NCBI GenBank assembly: GCA_041665545.1
Contig: JBAYIQ010000003.1
Span: 3,222 to 67,221 of the forward strand
Direction of reading: 5' to 3'
Length of the DNA: 64,000 nucleotides
Origin: Patescibacteria group bacterium
GTDB taxonomy: Bacteria; Patescibacteriota; Patescibacteriia; UBA1558; GWA2-36-10
The notes below the pieces were generated by a model, which did no database searches, had not been told where the DNA came from, and worked only from the letters and a program-made list of their open reading frames with translations. The number at the start of each line of letters is the position of its first letter. Position 1 is the first letter of the stretch. Shown in pieces: positions 1 to 10,269 of the stretch. The position numbers and the translations under genes were made by a program.

Positions 1-262
1 TCCCTAACTTATCGCTAAATCGCGCGCGATCTAGGGACGCTCTGGTGACATAAAAAATCACCCAGAGCATTAAATAACTGTTCCTTGACTAGAGAGAATT
101 GTGACTGCGTTTTAGGCCTATGGTCACTGTGATTAGAAAGGTCGATCGCCCTTTGGGCGGAGTCCTTTGATTCATAGTTTAGTCTTGCTTTGATCAAGCA
201 GGATGCCTACTACTTACGGCTTTTTTCAAAAGTTTTTGGGACATTATAATTAACAAAGAAAA

Positions 263-3200
263 ATGAATTTATTAAAAAAATTGTTCGTATACTCCGTGGT
301 AATTACCACTGTGTTATGGTCAGTTGGCGCATCTTTTGCACCTTTGGCCGCTAACGCTGCTGGTAGCTACCCAGCCGGCTCACTTTTGGCTATGAAAGGC
401 CAGAGTGGCGCTGCTGTATACTTGATCGGTGCTGATGCCAAGAAATATGTTTTTCCAAGTCAGAAAGAGTATTTCACTTGGTATCCAAACTTTGACAAAG
501 TTGTCAGAGTAACTGTTGCCGAGCTAGATATGTATCCAGACGGTGGTGCTGTGACTGTACGTCCAGGCACCAAATTAGTTACTCATATGAATACTGCCAA
601 GGTTTATGCTATTGAACCAGGCGGAATTTTGCACTGGATCCCAACCGATACCATTGCCAAAGCTTTATATGGTACTAATTGGACCTCACGTTTAGTTGAC
701 GTGATCCCAGGTTATTTCACTTCCTACAAAGCCACTGGCGCTGATGTTTCAGACAAATATGTCACTGGTACTGTAGTCAAGATGGGTACCACCTATTATT
801 ATATTGATGGTACTACCAAGAGAGCTTTTGCCTCTGACGCTGCTTTTACAGCCAATGGCTTGGTAGCCGCTGATGCTGTGGCCGTCACTACCCTTACCGG
901 CTATACTGATGGCACTTCTATCACTGGCGCTGAGACCGCTATCAAGGACTTCACTCCAAATGACACTACAGTTCCAGTAATTGCTGGTAATTTATCAGTT
1001 TCTTTGGCTAGTGACACTCCAGCTTCTGGCGTAGCATATATGAATGCTACCCACGTTGCTTTCACTAAAGTGAAATTGACTGCTGGCAGTAACCCAGTCA
1101 CTATCGATTCTATGGTAGTCAAGAGAACTGGCGTTCCAGCCAGTGATGGCGCTTTTACTGGCGTCAACATCTTGAAAGATGGCGCTATGTTGAGCTCTTC
1201 TTATAAAGCTCTTAACTCCACTCATGAAGCCAACTTCACTGAGGACGTAGTTGTTCCAGCCAATGGTACAGTTTACTTGACCTTGGTTGGTAAGATGGCT
1301 GATGTAACCACCTATGCTGGTGAGACACCAACTTTGTCTTTGACGGGTATTACCACTCTTTCCACTATTACCGGTTCTTTGCCAATCGTAGGCAACGCCA
1401 TGACCACCAATGGTACTATCAATATTGGTGATATAACTATTTCAGAATCCCCAGATTTAAGTACTTTAACTGAAGAAGTTGGTACAGAAAATGTGGAGTT
1501 CTTGAATGTCAAAATGGCTAATGACAGCGCCTCAGCTGATATCCGTGTTGACTCAATCAGATTCAACAATGTTGGTTCAGCTAATGATGCTGATGTTAAC
1601 AATTTAGAGTTAGTAGTTGACGGCAACGTCATTGCTACTGGCTCTATGGTTAGCAATTATGTCAAGTTTGACTTGAGCGCTTGTGGTACTTCTTGTTTGA
1701 TTCAAGATGGCAAGAACGAGACCTTTACCTTGCGCGGCGACATAGTCGGTGGTTCTGGTAGAACTTTGGATTTTGATGTCAAAAGAGCCGATGATATCAT
1801 GGCTTATGATACATTGAACATGACCTATGTTACTCCATCAGCCGCTATTGATGGCGGAAGAACTGTGACTATTAGCCGTGGTATTTTGACTGTCACTAAA
1901 TCCAATGTGGTTCTAGCTGGCAATGTGTCTGAAGCTACAACTGATTTGAATTTAGGTTCTTGGAACTTCAAGGTCCAAGGTGAATCAATAACTATCAGTA
2001 CTATCAAGTTTGATATTAATGTGGAGGGCACAGTCAGTTCCTCTGACTTTACTAATTTGAAATTAGTAAAAGGTGGCACTAGCTTGACAGGTGCTACTGA
2101 TGGCGCTGATGGTTCCACTTCATCCAAAGATGGTGCAGTGACCTTCTCTGACGCCTTTACTTTGCCAATAGGTGATAATGCTATTACTTTAGTTGGTACC
2201 TTGAGTTCTGATGCGGCCAATGCTGACACTGTTCAATTTGGTGTTGACTTTACAGCTGCTTCAACCAATAACTTGGATGCCACTGGTGATGTGACTGGTG
2301 ACGCCATTGCTTTGAGCGCTGTAGCAGCCACTAACTACGCCAATCCTTATGGTGTAGAAATTGATGCTAACTTGATTACTATTACCGACCTAGCCTTATC
2401 AGTGACTACTTTAGGAAGTCCAGCTGGTTCGACAGTGGCGGCCGGCACAGCTGCTCAAACGTTCTCAACCATTCGTTTTGACGCTTCTGCTTCGTCAGAA
2501 AATGTCAAAGTGACTGCCTTTGAGTTTCAATTGACTCCAGCGGCTGGTGGCTACGCCAACCAAATACAGAATATTACCTTCACAGTTAACGGCACTCCAT
2601 TGTCTATCACCAAGAGTGGTACCAGTGCTGTACTAAACACTGCTGAAGAAATTACTGTTTCTTTGTCAGGCGCTGATCAGTTTGTAATACCAAAGGGTAC
2701 AGCCGTGAACATGATTATCAAAGGTGATATATCAGCTAGCGCATCTGCTGCCGCTACATTCAAGATGGATATTACATCCACCAACTCCAATGTAGTGACT
2801 GCTTCTGGTGCTACCTCTGGCAACGATATAGCCGTTGCCGAAGGCACTGCTGTTGCTAATAATATGACCATTGGTACGTCCGGTGGTATTTTGGAAGTCA
2901 GCTTGGCTTCTAACAATCCAGACGCTGCTTTGTTGGCTGGTGGTACAACCGTGTCTTTAGCTAATTTCAAATTCTACGCTACTTCAACTGAAGATGTAGA
3001 GTTAGATTATCTATATCTGACACAAGTTTCCACCGATACTGCTTCTTCTTCATACCTGGATTATGATGAGATCTGGTTTGTGGACGAAGCTGGTACTGAA
3101 ATTGTCGGTACTCGTATGACTCCAACCAGCACCACACCATATATCAACTTTGCTGACAACGCTTTTGTTGTAAACTATTCAGATACTAATGGCGAAATTT

Positions 3201-3967
3201 TGACCTTGAAGGCCAAGCTAGCCACTATTGGTACAGGTTATAATGGTGCCTCTGATCATTATATTGGTTATAAGATCAATGCTACTGCCGATGTAGTGGC
3301 CAAAGGTGATATGACTGGCAATGCTACTGCTGAATATATAAGTACTACCGCTGCTCCAACTGGCAACACTTACTATGTGTACAAGAGTTACCCAATATTT
3401 GCTAGAGTCAATTTGACTGGTGCATTATCCAATGGCACAAAAGATTTGTACAAATGGACTGTAACTGCTGTCAACAATGACCTTGCTTTATACAAGTTCA
3501 TGTTTGATATCGTTACTACAACTGCTATAGTCACAAACTTTTATGTCTATGATGTCACTGGTACAGAAGTTGTCCTAGACGACGCAGCTACTCAAGCCGC
3601 AGGTCCTAGCAGTACTGGTATGACTATTACTACTATCGGTACTTCATGGGATGGTGCTTACCAAACACAAGATGAGGTTGTGGTTTCTAGCGGTACCACT
3701 CGTACCTTTGTGCTAAGAGGCGATGTCACTTTAGCTGCTGCTGGTACTTCCGTATCTGTCAGAATGGCTGGCGACGGAGCCCATGTAGTTGGTACAACTA
3801 CTTTGTTACATAGCGCTACTAACGTTGACGCTGATGCTGAAGATGACTTTATCTGGTCAGATATGAGCGCTTCTTCTCATAGCGATACAACTGTTGACTG
3901 GACCAATGGCTTCTTAGTCTCAGGTTTAGCTAGTCCTTCCACTTCTGCCCAAGTAACTGCTCTATAA
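263..3967 (+). CDS. large secreted Thr/Ser-rich surface protein (S-layer-like; candidate cell-surface glycoprotein)
   Basis: 1234-aa ORF. Signal peptide MNLLKKLFVYSVVITTVLWSVGASFAPLAANAAG. Three ~60-aa N-terminal repeats (G..V...G..AVY.I...K..F.S...F....). Long T/S/A/G/V-rich body with many N-x-T/S sequons. Hairpin terminator directly downstream. Confidence 0.6.
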   Translation: MNLLKKLFVYSVVITTVLWSVGASFAPLAANAAGSYPAGSLLAMKGQSGAAVYLIGADAKKYVFPSQKEYFTWYPNFDKVVRVTVAELDMYPDGGAVTVRPGTKLVTHMNTAKVYAIEPGGILHWIPTDTIAKALYGTNWTSRLVDVIPGYFTSYKATGADVSDKYVTGTVVKMGTTYYYIDGTTKRAFASDAAFTANGLVAADAVAVTTLTGYTDGTSITGAETAIKDFTPNDTTVPVIAGNLSVSLASDTPASGVAYMNATHVAFTKVKLTAGSNPVTIDSMVVKRTGVPASDGAFTGVNILKDGAMLSSSYKALNSTHEANFTEDVVVPANGTVYLTLVGKMADVTTYAGETPTLSLTGITTLSTITGSLPIVGNAMTTNGTINIGDITISESPDLSTLTEEVGTENVEFLNVKMANDSASADIRVDSIRFNNVGSANDADVNNLELVVDGNVIATGSMVSNYVKFDLSACGTSCLIQDGKNETFTLRGDIVGGSGRTLDFDVKRADDIMAYDTLNMTYVTPSAAIDGGRTVTISRGILTVTKSNVVLAGNVSEATTDLNLGSWNFKVQGESITISTIKFDINVEGTVSSSDFTNLKLVKGGTSLTGATDGADGSTSSKDGAVTFSDAFTLPIGDNAITLVGTLSSDAANADTVQFGVDFTAASTNNLDATGDVTGDAIALSAVAATNYANPYGVEIDANLITITDLALSVTTLGSPAGSTVAAGTAAQTFSTIRFDASASSENVKVTAFEFQLTPAAGGYANQIQNITFTVNGTPLSITKSGTSAVLNTAEEITVSLSGADQFVIPKGTAVNMIIKGDISASASAAATFKMDITSTNSNVVTASGATSGNDIAVAEGTAVANNMTIGTSGGILEVSLASNNPDAALLAGGTTVSLANFKFYATSTEDVELDYLYLTQVSTDTASSSYLDYDEIWFVDEAGTEIVGTRMTPTSTTPYINFADNAFVVNYSDTNGEILTLKAKLATIGTGYNGASDHYIGYKINATADVVAKGDMTGNATAEYISTTAAPTGNTYYVYKSYPIFARVNLTGALSNGTKDLYKWTVTAVNNDLALYKFMFDIVTTTAIVTNFYVYDVTGTEVVLDDAATQAAGPSSTGMTITTIGTSWDGAYQTQDEVVVSSGTTRTFVLRGDVTLAAAGTSVSVRMAGDGAHVVGTTTLLHSATNVDADAEDDFIWSDMSASSHSDTTVDWTNGFLVSGLASPSTSAQVTAL

Positions 3968-4010
3968 TTTTTATAAAGCAAGTTGTTTAGTTAAGCAGAT
4001 TTGAAATAGA

Positions 4011-4040
4011 AAAGACCCCACTGTGGGGTCTTTTCTATTT
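4011..4040 (+). terminator. rho-independent terminator
   Basis: Stem GACCCC (4014-4019) pairs with GGGGTC (4025-4030) around an ACTGT loop (A/T can extend the stem), followed by TTTTCTATTT. Sits immediately after the stop of the surface-protein gene. Confidence 0.7.
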
Positions 4041-4082
4041 GGGTTTTTTATGTTAAAGTAGAGGGGCATTTAGGCTATTTTA

Positions 4083-4787
4083 TTGGTAATTTATAAACAT
4101 ATTATGCAAAAAAGAAAAAAAATCTATTTATTGTTAGTCGTATTTTTATTAGTAATTGGTAGTCTTTTTGTTTGGTGGTATCAAAATCAACAAAGTAAAA
4201 TAAAAGTAGATTGGGATAGTCCGGACTATGTATTTGATATCAAGATACCAGACGATTTTGATCAGACAAAAAAAGACAGATTAGAGTTGAAATTGACCGA
4301 GGCTCGTAAAGCTTATGCCGAGAAAAAAGAAGATAACTATACTTGGGATATCATTGGCAATATGTATGAGTTTGTTAGAGATTATGATCGCGCTTTGGTG
4401 GCCTATCAGAAGTCAGTTGCCAAACAACCCAAGGACGTCATAGCCATTTTAAATATTGCTACTATCTATGAGGAGCAAAAAAAAGACTACCAAGAGGCAG
4501 AAAAATATTATTCACAAGCCGTTGTTATTTTTCCTCAAATGTCGGATCTCTATCAGCGTTTGGCCAATTTATATTGGCATAAAATGAATAAATTACAAGA
4601 AGCAGAAACAACCTATGTGCAGGGGATCGAGCAAACAAGTAATAAGCCAGAGTTGATTACTAGCTTGATAAATTTTTATGAGAAGACTGGACAAATTGAT
4701 AAACAAAAGGCATCTGCTAGGAAACTTTTGGAGCTATATCCAGATAATGAAGTTTACAAGAAGGATTATGGTTATTTAGTTAAGTAA
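4083..4787 (+). CDS. membrane-anchored TPR-repeat protein
   Basis: N-terminal TM helix (IYLLLVVFLLVIGSLFVWW) followed by TPR-like helical repeats (YEFVRDYDRALVAYQKSV, YEEQKKDYQEAEKYYSQAV, LANLYWHKMNKLQEAETTY). Confidence 0.5.
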   Translation: MVIYKHIMQKRKKIYLLLVVFLLVIGSLFVWWYQNQQSKIKVDWDSPDYVFDIKIPDDFDQTKKDRLELKLTEARKAYAEKKEDNYTWDIIGNMYEFVRDYDRALVAYQKSVAKQPKDVIAILNIATIYEEQKKDYQEAEKYYSQAVVIFPQMSDLYQRLANLYWHKMNKLQEAETTYVQGIEQTSNKPELITSLINFYEKTGQIDKQKASARKLLELYPDNEVYKKDYGYLVK

Positions 4788-4794
4788 AAATGTT

Positions 4795-7029
4795 ATGCAA
4801 AAAATTTTAGAAAAAATATTTATTTATGGATTGATAGCCATTTTATTTACGCCACTACTGATAGGCGATAGCCTGGTTTTTCCATTTATAACTACCAAGG
4901 CCTATTATTTTTATATTGTAGTAGATATTTTACTAGCAGCTTATTTATTGATTTTGACTAAAAAACCACTATACCCCAAGAAGAATAAATATTTTTTATT
5001 TTTTATTATTTTGACATTAGTTGGTTTTGTGTTTGATTTATTTGGGGTCAAGTTTTTAAATAGTTTTTGGGGGAATTATGAAAGAATGATGGGTATCTAT
5101 ACTTCCCTTCATTTTTTGGCCTATCTTTGGTTGTTGTTAAGCGTGTTTAATACTAAAGAAAAATATTTAAAACTTTTTAAAATAAGTCTAGTGATTAGTT
5201 TTTTGGTAGGTATTTATGCTATTTTGCAGAAAATGCAGGTTGTTTTTTATGGTATGTTGAATATAGATGAAAACCGTAGTTCGGCTACCTTTGGTAATCC
5301 AGCATATTTTGCTGGTTATTTGTTGATCTTCATTTTTATGGCGGCTTATATGCTATTGAGATCAAAACAGGATTTGGTTCTTGATCAGCAACTAACAAAA
5401 CAATCAACGATGATTGCCAAGAGTAAAAAATCTGATAAATATTGGTCTTATTTTTATGTTTTATCTATCTTGTTAAATACAGTAATTTTGTATTTTACAG
5501 CTACTCGTGGTGCTTTACTGGGTTTGGTTGGGGGCGCCATTGTTGGGATTATTTTGGTTATTATATTTCATCATAATCGCAAAATAAAAGTAATTGCCTT
5601 GACTTTATTGTTAGTAGTGGCTTTGGGTTTGTCCTCAATATTTATTTTTAAGCAGTCGTCATTTATAAAAAATAATCTTACCCTAGCTCGTATTAGCGAG
5701 ATTAGCATGAATGATGTCACCACTGCGTCTCGTATCAGACTTTGGAAAATGAGCGTCAAGGCAGTTCAAGATAGACCAATTTTTGGCTATGGCGCTAATA
5801 ACATGAGATTGCCACTTGATAAATATCATGATTATAATCTCTTTGAGGATTGGTTTGATAGCTCACATAACAAATTTTTTGACGAATTGTTGGCCCATGG
5901 CTATATTGGGCTAGGATTACAAATAGCTTTTTTTGTAGCACTGTTTATTTTAATTTTAAAAAAAATCAATGAGGATTTATTGGGCAATGCAACATTATTT
6001 GCCTTATTGGTAGCTTATGTTGTACAGGCGATGTTTATTTTCGATGTTTTTATTGTTAATTTATCATTTATACTTATCTTGGGATTTTTATTTTTAAATT
6101 TTACTGACAAAACCCAAACTAATATTCGACAAAAAAAGATTTCAGTTCATTTAGCTGTGCCAGTTATTATTATTATGGTTTTTGTTTTTTCGTATATTTA
6201 TAGCCACGCTATTAGGCCAGCACACAATATTATTTTAGCTGGTAATTTGACGAACAATGACATGAGTACAGCCATTGATATATATAAAAAAGTTGATAAT
6301 GATTTGTTTGCTAATTATGATATTTTTGCCTCAGCTATGGCAAAAACAGCTATGGAAGTTTTTAAAAATAATCAGCAATATACCGATGTTCAGATTCAGG
6401 GTTTTGTTACACAACTGACAAAAGTATACGAACGCGCCATAGAGGATTCCGGAGGGTATTCGTATTTTTATATCAATTTAGCCAAAATGTATCAGATTGC
6501 CTCAGTATCCCCACGTTTAGACTATCTTGATCAATCATTGACTTTGTTGAATACAGCGTTGGTCAAAGCTCCGAATCGTTTAGATATTTATTATGCTTTG
6601 GCGCAAGGATATTTTATGAAGGGCGATGTTGTAAACGCAGAAGATAATTTAAATAAAGCCCTGGCCTTGGGTGTCAGGCAAGGTGAGATATATTATAAAT
6701 TAGCAGAAATAAGGGCCAGAAAAGGTGACCCAGAATTAGCCATGTCAAATATCAATAAATCTATTGAATTTGGTAAAATTTTAACTTTTGAAGAATTAGA
6801 AAGTTTTGCTAAGTTATTTATTGACAGAGAAAGGTGGTCTGAAGCAGTGCAAATTTTTATCAAAATGGATGAAATGCAGCCAAATAGCGCTGATACTTAT
6901 GCCAACATTGCCTTGACTTATAGTAAGTTGGGTGACAAGCAAAAAGCCATTGAATGGATAAATAAAATTTCCGTTCTTGATCCCAGTAAGGCTGATCAGG
7001 TAAAGGAATTCATAAGAGGATTAAAATAA
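4795..7029 (+). CDS. O-antigen ligase (Wzy_C) family membrane protein with C-terminal TPR domain (candidate oligosaccharyltransferase/polymerase)
   Basis: About 12 predicted TM helices. Wzy_C-type motifs: ATRGALLGLVGG, then a large loop with SSHNKFFDELLAHGYIGLGL. Residues ~470-744 are soluble with TPR-like repeats (YYALAQGYFMKGDVVNAEDNLNKALAL, YYKLAEIRARKGDPELAMSNINKSI). Confidence 0.6.
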   Translation: MQKILEKIFIYGLIAILFTPLLIGDSLVFPFITTKAYYFYIVVDILLAAYLLILTKKPLYPKKNKYFLFFIILTLVGFVFDLFGVKFLNSFWGNYERMMGIYTSLHFLAYLWLLLSVFNTKEKYLKLFKISLVISFLVGIYAILQKMQVVFYGMLNIDENRSSATFGNPAYFAGYLLIFIFMAAYMLLRSKQDLVLDQQLTKQSTMIAKSKKSDKYWSYFYVLSILLNTVILYFTATRGALLGLVGGAIVGIILVIIFHHNRKIKVIALTLLLVVALGLSSIFIFKQSSFIKNNLTLARISEISMNDVTTASRIRLWKMSVKAVQDRPIFGYGANNMRLPLDKYHDYNLFEDWFDSSHNKFFDELLAHGYIGLGLQIAFFVALFILILKKINEDLLGNATLFALLVAYVVQAMFIFDVFIVNLSFILILGFLFLNFTDKTQTNIRQKKISVHLAVPVIIIMVFVFSYIYSHAIRPAHNIILAGNLTNNDMSTAIDIYKKVDNDLFANYDIFASAMAKTAMEVFKNNQQYTDVQIQGFVTQLTKVYERAIEDSGGYSYFYINLAKMYQIASVSPRLDYLDQSLTLLNTALVKAPNRLDIYYALAQGYFMKGDVVNAEDNLNKALALGVRQGEIYYKLAEIRARKGDPELAMSNINKSIEFGKILTFEELESFAKLFIDRERWSEAVQIFIKMDEMQPNSADTYANIALTYSKLGDKQKAIEWINKISVLDPSKADQVKEFIRGLK

Positions 7030-7043
7030 CATTCTAGAAATAA

Positions 7044-9050
7044 ATGCCAGATAAAAATTTAATAAATACTATAAAATTTTTCTTGTTTTTGGGGTTATTG
7101 GTGCCATTAATAGTTGAAGGCAATACTATTTTTCCTTTTATTTTTTCTAAAGTTATTTTTTTTAGAATAATTGTTGATATTGCGGTGCTACTATTTTTAT
7201 GGACACTATGGTCGAAAAAAAATAAGCGCCTTACATTCCATTGGCCGGATATATTATTGTTAGTTTTTGTGTTGTGGGCAATCATATCGGCATTTTGGGG
7301 TGTTGATTTGCAGTATAGCTGGTGGACTGGCCAAGAGAGAATGAGCGGTTTAGTATCATTACTTCATTTTGTAGCTTATTTGTATTTGTTAGTCAATGTG
7401 TTTTCAGCCAAGGATTGGCTTTATTTTTTTAGAGGAATTTTAGCAGTAGGAATTATTATTTTTTTGAAGTCAATAAATGAATTGAACATCGGCCAACAAC
7501 GCGCCTCGGGGCCATTGGGCAATCCTATTTATTTAGGAGAGTATTTTCTTTATTTATTTTGGTTTGCTGGCTTATTATTTTTTATTAATAAAAATAAAAT
7601 TGAACGCTGGATAATGGCTATTTTTTTGTTCTTGGGCATTGTTGGTATTTTTATTTCCGGTAGTCGTGGACCATTGATGTCTTTGGCAGTAGCCCTAGTG
7701 CTTTATTTACTGTGGAATATTCTTCATATAAAAAAATTAAGTATTAAATTAGCACTAGTTTTTTTCGGCATTTCTATTGCCACGGTGATTGGTATGGGAA
7801 TTTTTACACCACAAATTGGTTTTATAAAAAACACGCCGATATTAAATAATTTAGCAGAAGTTAAAAATTTTAGTGGGTCATTGGCCAATAGATTCATAGT
7901 TAGTGGTATTGCCTGGCAATCATCTTTAGAGCGTCCTTTTGGTTGGGGCTGGGAAAATTTTCCTACGGCTTTTAGCATCCACTATAAGCCAGAATTATTA
8001 AAACGCGGTTGGGGTGATAGTAACTTTGATTCAGCTCACAATTTATACTTGGATATTTTAGTTGGCGCCGGTTTTGTCGGTTTATTTTTATGGCTAGCTT
8101 TTTTTGCCTTTATTATTTTTTACATTGGGCGTTTGTATAAAAAATCGGCCAACGAAAAGAATAAATATATTTTACTGATGGCTTTTGTGCTTTCTATTTT
8201 AACCCAATTTTTTGTGGCCTTTTTGCATCCCAGTGGTTATTTGCTTTTATTTATATTGTTAGCTTACATAATTTTTTGTATTAGGCAATCAGACAGCAAG
8301 CAGTTTACAATTGATTCACCTAAAATTATAGTCAAAAGTTTAATTATTATTTTTACTTTGCTGACTTTAATTTTTGTTTATCAAAATTTTAAGGCCTATA
8401 GCGAAAATAAAAATCAGCAAAAAGCTTATCGCAACATTGCCTATCAAAATTATACAGAAGCAGAAAATATTATTAAGGCCAGTTGGGGCTCTTGGGGTCC
8501 CTATGAACGGGATATTTTGCGCAATTATACTGAATATATTGAAGGTATTGGCCTTGGTAATCTGCCGCTAGAACTGCGTAGTGCTTATATACAAATTGTT
8601 AAAGATATAGCCTTAGAAACAGAGAAAAATATTGATAAATACAACAAAAAAAGCCCCACAGAGTACGAGTCCATGTTACGTTCTTATGTTATGCTCTGGG
8701 GAGCTGGCGATAAAAATGAGAATAAAATTAACGAAACATACCAAAAATTATTGGCTATCAATGATAAAAATCAGGCAGTTAATTTTACTTACTTCAACTA
8801 TTTGGCTATCAGCGGACAATGGGACAAGGCCATAGTCCTATTGGATAAAGTGATTAGTGATGAACCAGATATTTATTATGCCTATTGGTACAAAGCCAAA
8901 ATTTATCTTTATTTGAAAGATTATCAAAAGGCCTATGATAATTATTTGTTGGCCAAAGACAGGGGTTTTGCGCCTGACGGACTTGCTGATCAAAATTTAG
9001 TTAAATTGTTTGAGCAGTTAAAAGCTAGCTCTACTAGTCAGCTAAAGTAA
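7044..9050 (+). CDS. O-antigen ligase (Wzy_C) family membrane protein with C-terminal TPR domain (paralog 2)
   Basis: Same architecture as 4795-7029: polytopic N-terminal domain with SGSRGPLMSLAVALV and DSAHNLYLDILVGAGFVGLFL motifs; C-terminal TPR-like region (YYAYWYKAKIYLYLKDYQKAYDNYLLA). Confidence 0.6.
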   Translation: MPDKNLINTIKFFLFLGLLVPLIVEGNTIFPFIFSKVIFFRIIVDIAVLLFLWTLWSKKNKRLTFHWPDILLLVFVLWAIISAFWGVDLQYSWWTGQERMSGLVSLLHFVAYLYLLVNVFSAKDWLYFFRGILAVGIIIFLKSINELNIGQQRASGPLGNPIYLGEYFLYLFWFAGLLFFINKNKIERWIMAIFLFLGIVGIFISGSRGPLMSLAVALVLYLLWNILHIKKLSIKLALVFFGISIATVIGMGIFTPQIGFIKNTPILNNLAEVKNFSGSLANRFIVSGIAWQSSLERPFGWGWENFPTAFSIHYKPELLKRGWGDSNFDSAHNLYLDILVGAGFVGLFLWLAFFAFIIFYIGRLYKKSANEKNKYILLMAFVLSILTQFFVAFLHPSGYLLLFILLAYIIFCIRQSDSKQFTIDSPKIIVKSLIIIFTLLTLIFVYQNFKAYSENKNQQKAYRNIAYQNYTEAENIIKASWGSWGPYERDILRNYTEYIEGIGLGNLPLELRSAYIQIVKDIALETEKNIDKYNKKSPTEYESMLRSYVMLWGAGDKNENKINETYQKLLAINDKNQAVNFTYFNYLAISGQWDKAIVLLDKVISDEPDIYYAYWYKAKIYLYLKDYQKAYDNYLLAKDRGFAPDGLADQNLVKLFEQLKASSTSQLK

Positions 9051-10232
9051 CCCTAGGTATACTTTTTCAGTCTGTTCAATAGTTTTAGCTAAAGAAAAGT
9101 TTTCTTTGATGTTAATATAATTATTTTCTGCTATAATTTGTGCCTGTTCGGCATTGTTAGTTAGTTCAAGTATTACATTTTTTAAAGATAGAGGATTGGC
9201 CGGTGGTACTAGATAGCCGGTTTCTTTATTTTTTAATATTTCTGGGATGCCGCCGACTTCAGTGCTGATCACTGGTATCTTGGCTAGGCCAGCTTCTAGT
9301 ATGGCATAAGGCAGACCCTCTTTGACTGATGGCAAGATAAAATAATCAAAGCCGAGCAAAAATTTCCAGTCTTCATCACTTGGTTTTATGATTTTTATAT
9401 AGTCAGTAAGATTGTTTTCGTTTAAGTATTTTTTTATATTTACTAATTCTGGGCCATCGCCAATGAAAACAAAACGGTTGTCTTTCAAAAATTCTGGCGA
9501 TTCATCGCGAATTATTTTAATGGCCTCGGTCAAATAGTTGTAACCCTTGGCTTTGTAAAAACTGCCAATAGTACCAAAATATTTATATTGTCCATCAAGC
9601 TTGAGCAAAACTTTGGCTTTTTCTTTAGCCAAAAAATTGTATTGTTCAGAATCAACTCCGTTATGAACTACAACAATTTTGTTGGGCAAGCAAATTTTGT
9701 TGCTAATAGCTGACTGCTTGTCGTAATCTGACACAGCGATAATTCTATTTTGCAGGCCAGCCGAGAATGTTTCGGATAATATGTAGGCCTTGCGAACAAA
9801 TTTGTTTAGTGGTTCATTGAAAACATAGCCGTGAGCCGTGTAAATTATGCGCGCCCTGACATTGAGTGGGTTGAAATTATAAAACATGCTGGCTAGAGCG
9901 CCGATAGCGCCGGCTTTGGAGCTATTGAGATGCAAAATATTATAATTACCCTTGTTTAGTAGTTTGGCAATTTCTTTGGTAGCCAAAAATTCATTACCCA
10001 TATCTATATTGCGAATGAGATATTTTATGGGTATAGTCTTGATGTTTAGCTTGTGGCAAGTATCCAAAAATTGCTGATTGGTATTACTGACTTCGCCATA
10101 GGCAATATGCACTTCGTTGTTTTTGGAGAAGTATTCAGCTAGTTCTAGGACATATTTTTGGGCACCACCCCATTTGGTTTGGGTGATGAGGTAGAGTATT
10201 TTCTTGCCAATAAGTTTTTTTTCTTCAGTCAT
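9042..10232 (-). CDS. glycosyltransferase family 4 (GT-B fold)
   Basis: 396 aa. C-terminal GT4 signature EGLPYAILEAGLAKIPVISTEVGGIPEIL. N-terminal Rossmann-like GT4 domain. Overlaps the convergent upstream gene by 9 nt. Confidence 0.65.
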   Translation of the reverse strand: MTEEKKLIGKKILYLITQTKWGGAQKYVLELAEYFSKNNEVHIAYGEVSNTNQQFLDTCHKLNIKTIPIKYLIRNIDMGNEFLATKEIAKLLNKGNYNILHLNSSKAGAIGALASMFYNFNPLNVRARIIYTAHGYVFNEPLNKFVRKAYILSETFSAGLQNRIIAVSDYDKQSAISNKICLPNKIVVVHNGVDSEQYNFLAKEKAKVLLKLDGQYKYFGTIGSFYKAKGYNYLTEAIKIIRDESPEFLKDNRFVFIGDGPELVNIKKYLNENNLTDYIKIIKPSDEDWKFLLGFDYFILPSVKEGLPYAILEAGLAKIPVISTEVGGIPEILKNKETGYLVPPANPLSLKNVILELTNNAEQAQIIAENNYINIKENFSLAKTIEQTEKVYLGLL

Positions 10233-10269
10233 ATATTGACATTAGGGCTAATTTTAGCCAATTTATATA

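Noticed and set aside
901-2970. Several minus-strand ORFs (901-1170, 995-1225, 1312-1656, 1825-2229, 2677-2970) inside the surface-protein gene
   Set aside because: They lie antisense to a long, well-supported + strand CDS. They are produced by the low-complexity Thr/Ala/Ser/Gly-rich codon composition and carry no recognisable motifs.
5571-8835. Small ORFs inside the Wzy_C/TPR genes (5571-5759 -, 7034-7285 -, 7724-7978 -, 8374-8571 +, 8632-8835 +)
   Set aside because: They are embedded in, or antisense to, long membrane-protein CDSs in AT-rich sequence and have no motifs. They are typical chance ORFs.
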